DNA of 64,000 bases from Candidatus Woesearchaeota archaeon (GTDB taxonomy: Archaea > Nanobdellota > Nanobdellia > Pacearchaeales > GW2011-AR1), in the NCBI GenBank assembly GCA_964482915.1, contig CAYZYU010000002.1:3339-67338 (forward strand). Reading direction: 5' to 3'. A program made the translations under genes and the position numbers. The notes under the pieces are model-generated. The model made no database searches and was not told the origin of the DNA. It worked only from the letters and a program-made list of their open reading frames with translations. How positions within the stretch are numbered: the stretch's first letter is position 1; each line of letters begins with the position of its first letter. Of this stretch, positions 56,281 through 64,000 are shown piece by piece.

Positions 56281-56360
56281 GCCTCCGGCGCATAACGGTT
56301 TTGCACTTGCCTTGAGAGCAAGGCCCTTTGGGCTACCCGGTTCGACTCCGGGCGGGGGCG
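56281..56360 (+). tRNA. tRNA-Ser (anticodon TGA)
   Basis: Acceptor GCCTCCG/CGGGGGC, anticodon stem CTTGC/GCAAG with loop CTTGAGA, 13-nt variable arm (CCC/GGG), T-arm CCCGG-TTCGACT-CCGGG, discriminator G. Confidence 0.75.
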
Positions 56361-56367
56361 TTTAATC

Positions 56368-57174
56368 TTACTTCCTATTTTTATTAAATTCAATAATATC
56401 CTTTTTAGAATGAATATGAATTTCTCTCTTTGCACTTACATAACCATTCAAGACCCCTTTCTTAGCGAGTAATGGGAAAACATCCCTTTCTAAACTCTTT
56501 CCCTGATATTGTAATAATTCTGGTTCACAGACAAAAATTGGCGAAAAAACAAGATAAGTGTCTTTTGTTTTAGGCTTTTGGATAAAATTCACAACTTTAT
56601 CTTCTTCCATAAATACTTCTCCTTTTTCAGAAGGTTCTCCATAAGTAATTAAATTCAGAGTAGAAATAGGGATTTTTTTAATATGGTTATACCATAATTT
56701 ATCAAGATTTATATCATCAAAAATTATGTCCCCAAATAATACTAAAAAACTTGTTTTAATCTTATTTTTTAAAAGTCCAAGTGATTCTGCAGATCCTTCT
56801 GCAGAAATTTCTTCAACAAATTCTATTTTTATTCCGTAATCCTCGCCATTTTTTACTATTGAAAAGACTTCTTTAATCAGATTCTTTCTTCCAATAATGT
56901 AAATTTTTCTAAAATTATACTCTCTTAATTTCTTAATCTGTATCTCTATTAATCTGTTATCCTTTATTTTTATTGAAGGGACATATTCTTTTCCTATTTT
57001 TAATCTCTCTTCAGGGCCTCCCAGTAAAATCACTGCAACTTTTTCCTTGTCAAATGAAGTCTTTAAAAGAGATTCTATTGCTTGGGACCTATTTCTTATG
57101 AATATTCTATCTATTGTAGAATCAATATTTTTCAGTATTGATTTTTCAACAGTAATTGATATTTTCTCCTTCAT
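56368..57174 (-). CDS. ribbon-helix-helix (CopG-like) domain fused to sugar-phosphate nucleotidyltransferase domain
   Basis: N-terminal KISITVEKSILKNIDSTIDRIFIRNRSQAIESLL is RHH-like. The rest has a GT-A NTP_transferase-like fold (VAVILLGGPEERL...LVLFGDIIFDD). Confidence 0.5.
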   Translation of the reverse strand: MKEKISITVEKSILKNIDSTIDRIFIRNRSQAIESLLKTSFDKEKVAVILLGGPEERLKIGKEYVPSIKIKDNRLIEIQIKKLREYNFRKIYIIGRKNLIKEVFSIVKNGEDYGIKIEFVEEISAEGSAESLGLLKNKIKTSFLVLFGDIIFDDINLDKLWYNHIKKIPISTLNLITYGEPSEKGEVFMEEDKVVNFIQKPKTKDTYLVFSPIFVCEPELLQYQGKSLERDVFPLLAKKGVLNGYVSAKREIHIHSKKDIIEFNKNRK

Positions 57175-57263
57175 AAAATAATTAATATTTCATCTTTCTT
57201 AAATTTATCGGAAAAAGTAGGATAAAGGTAAGATATTTAATAAAAACACTTTAATCAAATGTC

Positions 57264-58091
57264 ATGGAAAAATCCAAGTTTGGAAAAGAGACTACTTATT
57301 TATGGAGAGGTAATTTGAGTCAAGAGCAGGTTTCATTGATTCCAGTGTCCTCAACACTTGTTATTAATGATGAAGAGAAGATTAAATTAAAAGAAGATTT
57401 TAAGCAGGCAAAAGCAAAGAATCCTAATTTTTTCAATGGTCCTTTATGGAGATTAGAGGGGCATAATCTAGTGAGGGGAGGTGTAGAATTTTTAGTGAGC
57501 CCAACATATTATCTTGAACACAATATCAAGAGAAATCAAGTCCTACCCTTTAATTATAATACAAGAATTAATTCTAATTATGTTAATCCTTTTAGCATAA
57601 ATGCAATACAGGAAACTAGCGATAATTATCTACTAATTGGTGTTAAAGGAGTAAAATCTGACCAAATAGGGTTGGGGGTTATGGGGGCAGGATTTATCAA
57701 ACGGAAGGACGGGTTTCCTCCAGAAAATTTATTTGGAGCAGTATTAAGAGAGTGTCAGGAAGAAACAAGTTATTCTCCTGGAACTGAATTAAATGAAGGT
57801 TCTATTGAGGATTGGAAAGCTTTAGGGGCTATCTGGGGAAGTAATCATGATACGACAGTAGGGGTTTATGTTCCATTAAAAGCAACATCTAAACAGGTTG
57901 ATTTAGGAAATCAAGAACATTCTGATTTATGGTTCTTAAAAACAGACAAAAATTCATTAGAGAAATTTCTTAATGAAGGGGGGATGAACGGAGCTAATGC
58001 AGTTGATCATCTTTTAGGAGGTGTTGAATTGTACTTAGAATCAAAATGTAATGGATTATTAAAAAATCCTTATTCTCAAAAGGTTTTTTAA
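57264..58091 (+). CDS. Nudix-fold hydrolase-like protein (degenerate Nudix box)
   Basis: ENLFGAVLRECQEET fits E-x7-REUxEE of the Nudix box. The upstream Gly is displaced. 275 aa. Confidence 0.4.
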   Translation: MEKSKFGKETTYLWRGNLSQEQVSLIPVSSTLVINDEEKIKLKEDFKQAKAKNPNFFNGPLWRLEGHNLVRGGVEFLVSPTYYLEHNIKRNQVLPFNYNTRINSNYVNPFSINAIQETSDNYLLIGVKGVKSDQIGLGVMGAGFIKRKDGFPPENLFGAVLRECQEETSYSPGTELNEGSIEDWKALGAIWGSNHDTTVGVYVPLKATSKQVDLGNQEHSDLWFLKTDKNSLEKFLNEGGMNGANAVDHLLGGVELYLESKCNGLLKNPYSQKVF

Positions 58092-58113
58092 TCTATAAGT
58101 TGTATTATATATA

Positions 58114-58674
58114 ATGGTAATAAAACGCCATACAATTGAAGAGTATAATAGAAAACACAAAAATCAACTCCCAGAAATAGAAGGAGAAAAAGTAATTCTT
58201 GCTCCTGTTCCTGATTCAAACGATTTTTATGAATTATATCTTAAGTGGATATCTAATGAAGATTTAAAATATAAACTTGGAGAAGAAGGGACAAAATACA
58301 CTTGGCAAGAGATAAAAGGAATGCATGATGAATGGAGAAAAGATTTCAAGAACATGACTTTTTGTATATTAAATAAAGAGACAAAAGAACCTATAGGAGA
58401 TATAAATCTCTTTGATAGTGAGGAATTCAAAAGTATGCCAGAAATATCAATTATGATAGGAGAACATGCTGGAAAAGGTTTTGGGACAGAGGCTTCAAGA
58501 TTACTCTTGGATTTTGCATTCAATAAACTAAAATTAAAAGAAGTTAATTTAAGCGTGTATAAGGATAATCTTCCTGCAGTGGGTCTTTATAAAAAATTAG
58601 GTTTTGAAACATTTGGGGAGACAAAAGATGAAGATGGAAGAGAAGAATATCTAATGAAGATAATTAAGAAGTAA
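58114..58674 (+). CDS. GNAT family N-acetyltransferase (RimJ/RimL-like)
   Basis: GKGFGTEASRLLLDFAFNKLKLKEVNLSVYKDNLPAVGLYKKLGFE (acetyl-CoA binding motifs A/B). Confidence 0.75.
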   Translation: MVIKRHTIEEYNRKHKNQLPEIEGEKVILAPVPDSNDFYELYLKWISNEDLKYKLGEEGTKYTWQEIKGMHDEWRKDFKNMTFCILNKETKEPIGDINLFDSEEFKSMPEISIMIGEHAGKGFGTEASRLLLDFAFNKLKLKEVNLSVYKDNLPAVGLYKKLGFETFGETKDEDGREEYLMKIIKK

Positions 58675-58759
58675 AGTTATCTTAGTAAAATTAGATTATC
58701 ATGATTATAACCATGCCTGTCCAACTTAATTATAGTGTGAAATTAACTGTTACAGATAA

Positions 58760-59299
58760 TTACTTTCTTTTATTTTTCAATTTCCTTTCTTTACTTAATA
58801 TAACCCAATAAACAATTATTAATAAGAGAATATCAATTATCATAAACAAAGACTCTCTCCAATAAATTATTCCATTAATTTTAAAGTTAGATATTGGCCA
58901 GAGCATCGGAGTTGGAAAATGACTTTTTAGATGTGTTGGGATGTCTATTAATATATGAAGCAACCATCCACAAACAATCCAGATAGGTCTTCTAAATATT
59001 AACCAGATTAATAGAAATATTAATGAGAATATTATTAGGCTATGACTTATGTTGTAGAGAATATCAATGATATTTGAATAAGGGGGGGAGAGCATTGTAT
59101 TTGATATCGCTGCAATATTAAATCCAGTTTGTATTATGATTATAATAAAAAATATAATAAAAGGTATGACAAAAGAAATTATATCCGGAAACATCCCAAA
59201 AAAGGCAGCTTGCCAAAATTTGAATCTTTTCTTTTTTGATTTTATGTTTATTGATTTAAATAATGCCCCACTCCATAATGCGTGAGAGATTGTATCCAT
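58760..59299 (-). CDS. membrane-bound metal-dependent hydrolase-like (DUF457/YdjM-like)
   Basis: MDTISHALWSGALF N-terminus, His-containing TM helices. Confidence 0.4.
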   Translation of the reverse strand: MDTISHALWSGALFKSINIKSKKKRFKFWQAAFFGMFPDIISFVIPFIIFFIIIIIQTGFNIAAISNTMLSPPYSNIIDILYNISHSLIIFSLIFLLIWLIFRRPIWIVCGWLLHILIDIPTHLKSHFPTPMLWPISNFKINGIIYWRESLFMIIDILLLIIVYWVILSKERKLKNKRK

Positions 59300-59386
59300 A
59301 AATTTTATAATTATCTCCTCTTTAAAAACATTATATGCTCTTTTTACTAATGATACACTTATAAATTACTTTTATCTACTTACTAT

Positions 59387-60103
59387 ATGAAAAAGAGGAT
59401 TGCTAATTTTTTTAAGAGAAATTGGGTTATAATCTTAATTATACTCCTTCTTGCTGCAATATTTTCTTATTCTTATTTTTCAAAAGGAGTAGTTTATTCT
59501 ATTTCAAGCAGCGATGAGGATGCTGTAGTTAATTTTGTAGATTCTTTTGGTTCTTTTTCATATTTAGCATTCATGATATTAGTTATATTAGAAGTTGTTT
59601 TAGCTCCAATACCTGCATTAGCATTATATGTAGCAGGGGGTGCATTGTTTGGTACTTTTTTAGGGGGAACTTTAACCTTAATAGGAAACCTAATTGGAGC
59701 ATTTATAGCATTTTGGATAGCAAGAAGATTTGGAAGGAAATTTGTAGAAAGAAGAGTTGATACAAAGACCAGAAAGAAGTTTGATAATTTTTCACAAAAA
59801 TATGGTGCTCTCTCATTATTTGTATTAAGAATAAACCCTTTTACTACTTCAGATTTATTTAGTTATCTTGCAGGGTTAACTAATATGAAAGTTAGAAGTT
59901 TCCTTTTGGGAACAGGACTTGGATTAATTCCTATGATCTTTGCTCAGGCTTATTTTGGTGAAACTTTTGTAAAAAATCATCCTATATTATATGCAGTTTT
60001 AATATGGATAAGTATAGCTTATCTTCTAATATTCTTGTATTTAATCCTTAAAACATTATCAATGAAGAAGAAAGAAGTTAATACTTCAAAAAAGAAAGAT
60101 TAA
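59387..60103 (+). CDS. DedA/TVP38/TMEM64 family membrane protein
   Basis: VLAPIPALALYVAGGALFG and FVLRINPFTTSDLFSYLAGLT motifs. Confidence 0.7.
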   Translation: MKKRIANFFKRNWVIILIILLLAAIFSYSYFSKGVVYSISSSDEDAVVNFVDSFGSFSYLAFMILVILEVVLAPIPALALYVAGGALFGTFLGGTLTLIGNLIGAFIAFWIARRFGRKFVERRVDTKTRKKFDNFSQKYGALSLFVLRINPFTTSDLFSYLAGLTNMKVRSFLLGTGLGLIPMIFAQAYFGETFVKNHPILYAVLIWISIAYLLIFLYLILKTLSMKKKEVNTSKKKD

Positions 60104-62040
60104 TCTTTATTCTCCTTGAAAAAATCTAATACTCTTGAATCAGGACTCATAAGGGTTACTTCATCTTCTTTGAATCTTACTCCTCTGTAGACTTTTTGAA
60201 GTATTTCTCTTCGTGCCTTATCCTTGTAAAAACTCCAGTATCTTTGGGGATTAGTCCTATTAAGTATCTTCCAGAATGCATCTTGAACATTAGGATTAGG
60301 AAACTTTGTAAAAATTATGCTCTTACATTCATCACCTGGGAAATCAACTCCTCTTGAACATTTAGTAGAGAACAATACATCTATCTTACCATCTTTGAAA
60401 TCTTTTACAATTCTACTTTCTTTATCATTATTTTGTATTTGGATTAATTCTTCTCTAGAGATTGTATGGTAAAGTTTAAACTTTTCTTTTTCAAATCTAT
60501 CTGGCAAATCCCCGAAACTATTAACATGTATTAAGATTGGTTTTTTTGCAATTTCTATACATTTATCAAGAGATTCTAGATATTTTCTTCTTTCTGCTTT
60601 TCCAGAGGAGAAATTAGAATATTTACAATCCATTTCTCTCCCAGTCTTTAATATTTTTATCTTTCCAGGATTCTCAGTCTCAGCATCTATTATCTTGAAT
60701 CTCTCTATACCAAATACATCTGACAGGACCTCTGGAGAATGGAGAGTACCAGACATTAGTATAATGATTTTGTTTTTATTTATCATCTCTCTGAATTTCT
60801 TTTCCAGATTTATAGTAACTATACTTGCAATTAAATTATCTTCTCTCTTGTCAAATATTACATAGGATTCATCTAAAAACTCATCAAACATTCTAACAGT
60901 TCCTATAACATCATGAACATAACTTTCTTCATCTATCTCTTCACTAAACTCAGAGTTTTTAATCAGGATTTTAAATAAATCATACAATCCTGTTTTTTTA
61001 AGCTCAACAATTTCTCTTTTTTTTATTAATTCATACACTTGGCTGTTTCTTTTAAGATGATTTAATATTTCATTTATTTCTTTAATTATCTTAAAATTTT
61101 CTTCTTCATGAACTATCGCATGTGTAAGAGAATTTTGAAATCTATCAATATTTATATTTCTTTGATTAGAAAAACTATCTAGAAATTCATCACATTCATC
61201 TATTATCTCAACTTCTGTGCAAGGTTTCCTGTTCAAAGCACTTTCAAGTTTATATTTTAATGAATTAAAAACAATTATGTCTGAATCAATATAAGAATTG
61301 AATTGCTCATAAAATCCGCATCCAGGTTTTCTTCTATAGAAAAAGAAATTTTTTCCCTGAAGCCCTCTGTATTTTATTTTATCTTTCTCATCTAGATTTT
61401 TTACATCATATTCCTCCGGTACAACGGGGCTCCAATAAGGACATACAGGGGCGATAGACATTCTTTTTATGTCAGATATCTTATCAAAATTCTTTGGATT
61501 TATCTTTTTATTTTGTGTTAAGTACTCTTTTAATCTTTGCATATTTTTTTCTTTTATCTCAATCTTGCAAGGAATATTTTTATTGTCTGCAGATAAGTCC
61601 TTAGAGATAAGTTCCTGCATTTTCTCCCTTTTTCCTTCAAAGATATCATATAATTTTGAATTTATCTCCTGTTTTTGAGAAGGTATAGCATTTTTATTAT
61701 CTTCAAGAAACTTACACTTATGATTATTTCTCCCAGTTATCACAGATATCTTCAATTTTTGTTTTTTATTGTTAAGGATATACTTATTTTCTTCATAATC
61801 TCTCTTATATTGTTGTTGCAATGCTTTGCTTGGCACAACTATTGAGCTTTTCCCAAGTTCTTTTGCTATATTAAGAGCAATACCGCTTTTTCCAGTCCCA
61901 CATTTTCCATGAATAAAGATTATCTTATTCCCTTCTTTTATAGAATTAATGACTTCTTTTACAACATCTTCTTGAGTTTTACCATTGGAGAACTTTAACG
62001 GTTCTAAAAATTTCCCCTTTTCATATAAATTCCATAACAT
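60100..62040 (-). CDS. XPD/Rad3/DinG-family SF2 helicase (FeS-domain type)
   Basis: Walker A GKCGTGKSG, four spaced Cys (HKCKF, PCKIE, PVCPYW, GCGFY) between motifs I and II, DECDEF (DEAH-like), C-terminal FSTKCSRGVDFPG helicase motif. Confidence 0.6.
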   Translation of the reverse strand: MLWNLYEKGKFLEPLKFSNGKTQEDVVKEVINSIKEGNKIIFIHGKCGTGKSGIALNIAKELGKSSIVVPSKALQQQYKRDYEENKYILNNKKQKLKISVITGRNNHKCKFLEDNKNAIPSQKQEINSKLYDIFEGKREKMQELISKDLSADNKNIPCKIEIKEKNMQRLKEYLTQNKKINPKNFDKISDIKRMSIAPVCPYWSPVVPEEYDVKNLDEKDKIKYRGLQGKNFFFYRRKPGCGFYEQFNSYIDSDIIVFNSLKYKLESALNRKPCTEVEIIDECDEFLDSFSNQRNINIDRFQNSLTHAIVHEEENFKIIKEINEILNHLKRNSQVYELIKKREIVELKKTGLYDLFKILIKNSEFSEEIDEESYVHDVIGTVRMFDEFLDESYVIFDKREDNLIASIVTINLEKKFREMINKNKIIILMSGTLHSPEVLSDVFGIERFKIIDAETENPGKIKILKTGREMDCKYSNFSSGKAERRKYLESLDKCIEIAKKPILIHVNSFGDLPDRFEKEKFKLYHTISREELIQIQNNDKESRIVKDFKDGKIDVLFSTKCSRGVDFPGDECKSIIFTKFPNPNVQDAFWKILNRTNPQRYWSFYKDKARREILQKVYRGVRFKEDEVTLMSPDSRVLDFFKENKD

Positions 62041-62079
62041 AGAATATCAAGAATTTATGAGGGATTATAAGGTTTATTG

Positions 62080-63093
62080 TCAAATTTGATTAACTTTTAT
62101 CTTCAACTCTTTCTTATCTTTTCCTAATACATATGCTCTTGAAAATTCATGCTTATCAAGAAGTTTATATTCTTTTAATCCGATATTTTTTAGCTCTCTT
62201 AATAAAACTTCAATAAAATCTTCTATTTCTTTGTCTGTAGGCATTCTTTCATATCCAAGTCTATTTCTTGCAAAACCCACACTCATGAATCCTTTTATCT
62301 CAATAAATTTAGGTTGAGATTTCTTTATTAATTGCGCATATTCTTTTGCTTGTCCTGGAAACATGTTCAAATCTTTTACTAAATTCATCCTGAATACAGT
62401 TCTTGTTTTGTCTTTTAATTTTGGAAGAAGAATTAAAGTTTGATTTAGTTTTTTCCAAGCCTCTTTAATTCTACTTCTATGGAATTTATTATAATTTATT
62501 TCATTTGAGGTGTTTATTGAAACATAAAGTTGTGTTGGAAGTTGATTTTTTTTGAGAAGTTCTTTAATTTTTTCAGGATAAAGACCATTTGTAACCAAAA
62601 AAGAAGTTTTCCCTCTTTTCCTTAATTCTTTTATTAATTCTCCAACATAAGGATAAGTAGTTGGCTCTCCAGAAAGAGAGATTGCAAATTGCATTGGTTC
62701 TTGCGCCTCTTTATACTTTTCTTGATTTGCCTTGCTTAACTGTAATTTTTTTGATTTAGGATCTATGTTAAACCCTTCTAGTAGTTTTCTCTGTGCCTTT
62801 ATTGCAGCATCAATTATTTCTTTTGGACTATCAATCTTTCCAGGGATTTTCTCTCCTGTAGTATATTCAATGGCTCTCCAACAGTGAACACATTGATTTG
62901 GACAGTAAAGACTTGGTGTCATCTGGCAGCATAAATGTGATTTTATCCCATAAAATTTCTCTTTATAACAAATTCCTTCATCTCTCAAAGATTTTTTTGT
63001 CCATCTGCATATTTGTACAGCAGAATGTTCATTCTTGCCAATAACTTCATAATGCTGTTTTTTAAGAAGCTGTTTTATATTATTGTCTAACAT
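62080..63093 (-). CDS. taw1: tRNA 4-demethylwyosine synthase Taw1 (TYW1, radical SAM)
   Basis: QICRWTKKSLRDEGICYKEKFYGIKSHLCCQMTPSLYCPNQCVHCWR holds an auxiliary Cys cluster plus the CxxxCxxC-W radical-SAM motif characteristic of Taw1. Confidence 0.7.
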   Translation of the reverse strand: MLDNNIKQLLKKQHYEVIGKNEHSAVQICRWTKKSLRDEGICYKEKFYGIKSHLCCQMTPSLYCPNQCVHCWRAIEYTTGEKIPGKIDSPKEIIDAAIKAQRKLLEGFNIDPKSKKLQLSKANQEKYKEAQEPMQFAISLSGEPTTYPYVGELIKELRKRGKTSFLVTNGLYPEKIKELLKKNQLPTQLYVSINTSNEINYNKFHRSRIKEAWKKLNQTLILLPKLKDKTRTVFRMNLVKDLNMFPGQAKEYAQLIKKSQPKFIEIKGFMSVGFARNRLGYERMPTDKEIEDFIEVLLRELKNIGLKEYKLLDKHEFSRAYVLGKDKKELKIKVNQI

Positions 63094-63143
63094 TAATTTT
63101 ATAGTTATATTTGGTTTAAAAGTTTGTTGAGTAGAAAAAAGTT

Positions 63144-63950
63144 TTATTTTACAAAAAGACTTATTCCCCAGAAGACCATAAGTACTAAGAAAAGGAATAG
63201 CAAGAAGTTTGTCGATATCTTAAACCAGAGTTCAGCTTTCTGTTTACTCTTGGTAATGCTTAATATTGTAAGATAGAAGAACCTTCCACCATCAAAAATA
63301 CCCATAGGAAGCATATTCATAAGTGCTACACTAATACTTATTAATACAAGCCACCAAAGAAGATCATATATGAATGTTCCAGCTTCAAATTTAGGTTCAT
63401 AATATACATATTCTTTTTTGAAAGAAGATAACCAATCAACTATTTTACCAAAAACACCTTTTCTCTTTTGTTCTACATATCCAACGCCTACCCAAGGTTT
63501 ATCAGAATCTTCGGGATTCTCAGCAAGGGTTATAAGATAATCTTTAGTTGAATCTCCTATTTTAGTGGTTATGGTTATATTCTCTCCAGGAGAATATTTA
63601 GAGATCTCTTCACCAAAGGATTCCCAATCTGTTATTTTAATCCCTTCTAATGCTATAATTGTACCATTAATCTCGGCATTTATTGCAGGAGAATCATCAT
63701 AGAATACTAAATAATTTGTTGAATTTTTTTGTTTTTCCAAATCTACTTTACTTATAAGATAGGTTCTATTTCCTGCCTTTATCTTATTTAATCCATTTTC
63801 ATAGGATAAAATTAATAATCCTTCACTAGTAGGGTTAGAAACAGAAATATTATTTATAGAAATTATACTTGTTAAGCTAACTGCAGAATAGGAATATGTA
63901 TTGAATTCTGCACCCGCTGGTGCAAATGCACTAATAAAGAAGAGAAACAA
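63144..63950 (-). CDS. membrane protein, hypothetical (N-terminus may lie beyond window edge)
   Basis: 268 aa with N- and C-terminal hydrophobic segments. The reading frame stays open to the window end. Confidence 0.3.
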   Translation of the reverse strand: MFLFFISAFAPAGAEFNTYSYSAVSLTSIISINNISVSNPTSEGLLILSYENGLNKIKAGNRTYLISKVDLEKQKNSTNYLVFYDDSPAINAEINGTIIALEGIKITDWESFGEEISKYSPGENITITTKIGDSTKDYLITLAENPEDSDKPWVGVGYVEQKRKGVFGKIVDWLSSFKKEYVYYEPKFEAGTFIYDLLWWLVLISISVALMNMLPMGIFDGGRFFYLTILSITKSKQKAELWFKISTNFLLFLFLVLMVFWGISLFVK

Positions 63951-64000
63951 GACTATAAAGAAAATTATTGCTGTAATAACATTGGCAAAAGTCCCTGCAG

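Noticed and set aside
56220-56435. 71-aa minus-strand ORF
   Set aside because: It lies entirely over tRNA-Ser and its flanks. Arg/Pro-rich translation of a GC-rich tRNA. Not a gene.
1-64000. CRISPR arrays, cas genes, integrases, transposases, reverse transcriptases, toxin-antitoxin pairs
   Set aside because: I scanned for evenly spaced direct repeats and for the protein signatures of these systems (RuvC/HNH-Cas, tyrosine recombinase R..HxxR..Y, DDE, YxDD). None were found. The only nuclease-like stand-alone gene is the HNH ORF at 13260.

Overview
This is an AT-rich (about 30% GC by eye) archaeal chromosomal window. Archaea-specific ribosomal proteins (L21e, L32e, L19e, S4e), RNA polymerase subunits D, N and F, an AglB/STT3 oligosaccharyltransferase, SecDF/SecY, a DUF106 Oxa1-like protein and prefoldin alpha place it in Archaea. 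The compact genes, Lys/Glu-rich extensions on ribosomal proteins, and absence of RNase P protein Rpp29 and adenylate kinase from the ribosomal cluster fit a DPANN-type reduced genome; that lineage call is inference. Layout: (i) 1-6.9 kb is an accessory island of small secreted, lipoprotein or membrane-protein genes, each with its own Shine-Dalgarno leader and hairpin plus T-tract terminator. (ii) 7.0-10.4 kb (minus) is the rpoD-S11-S4-S13-DUF655-rpoF-L21e operon; rpoN sits alone on the plus strand. (iii) 11.7-13.7 kb holds a stand-alone 5S rRNA, tRNA-Leu, UDP-xylose synthase, tRNA-Arg, an HNH endonuclease and tRNA-Gly. (iv) Next come SecF/SecD and a C-terminally truncated UDP-glucose dehydrogenase-like gene. 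(v) 17-36 kb is a sugar-nucleotide and N-glycosylation locus: Gmm-like Nudix, HAD, P-loop kinase, GDP-mannose dehydratase, flippase, GT17, GT2 x3, GT4 x4, two methyltransferases, an RmlD-like reductase, AglB and an AglH-like phosphotransferase. (vi) It is followed by ribose-1,5-bisphosphate isomerase and prefoldin alpha with a His/Cys tail. (vii) 37.8-51.3 kb (minus) is the large conserved ribosomal operon from L3 through SecY to DUF106. (viii) 51.4-64 kb carries a Ddl-like ATP-grasp, AMP phosphorylase, tRNA-Ser, an RHH-nucleotidyltransferase fusion divergent from a Nudix-like gene, GNAT, DedA, an XPD-like helicase and Taw1. I found no CRISPR array, integrase, reverse transcriptase or recognisable defence system. 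The best candidates for something undescribed are the secreted small-protein island with its shared leader and terminator architecture, the tRNA-HNH-tRNA locus, the degenerate UDP-xylose/GDP-sugar module, and the divergent RHH-NTase/Nudix pair.
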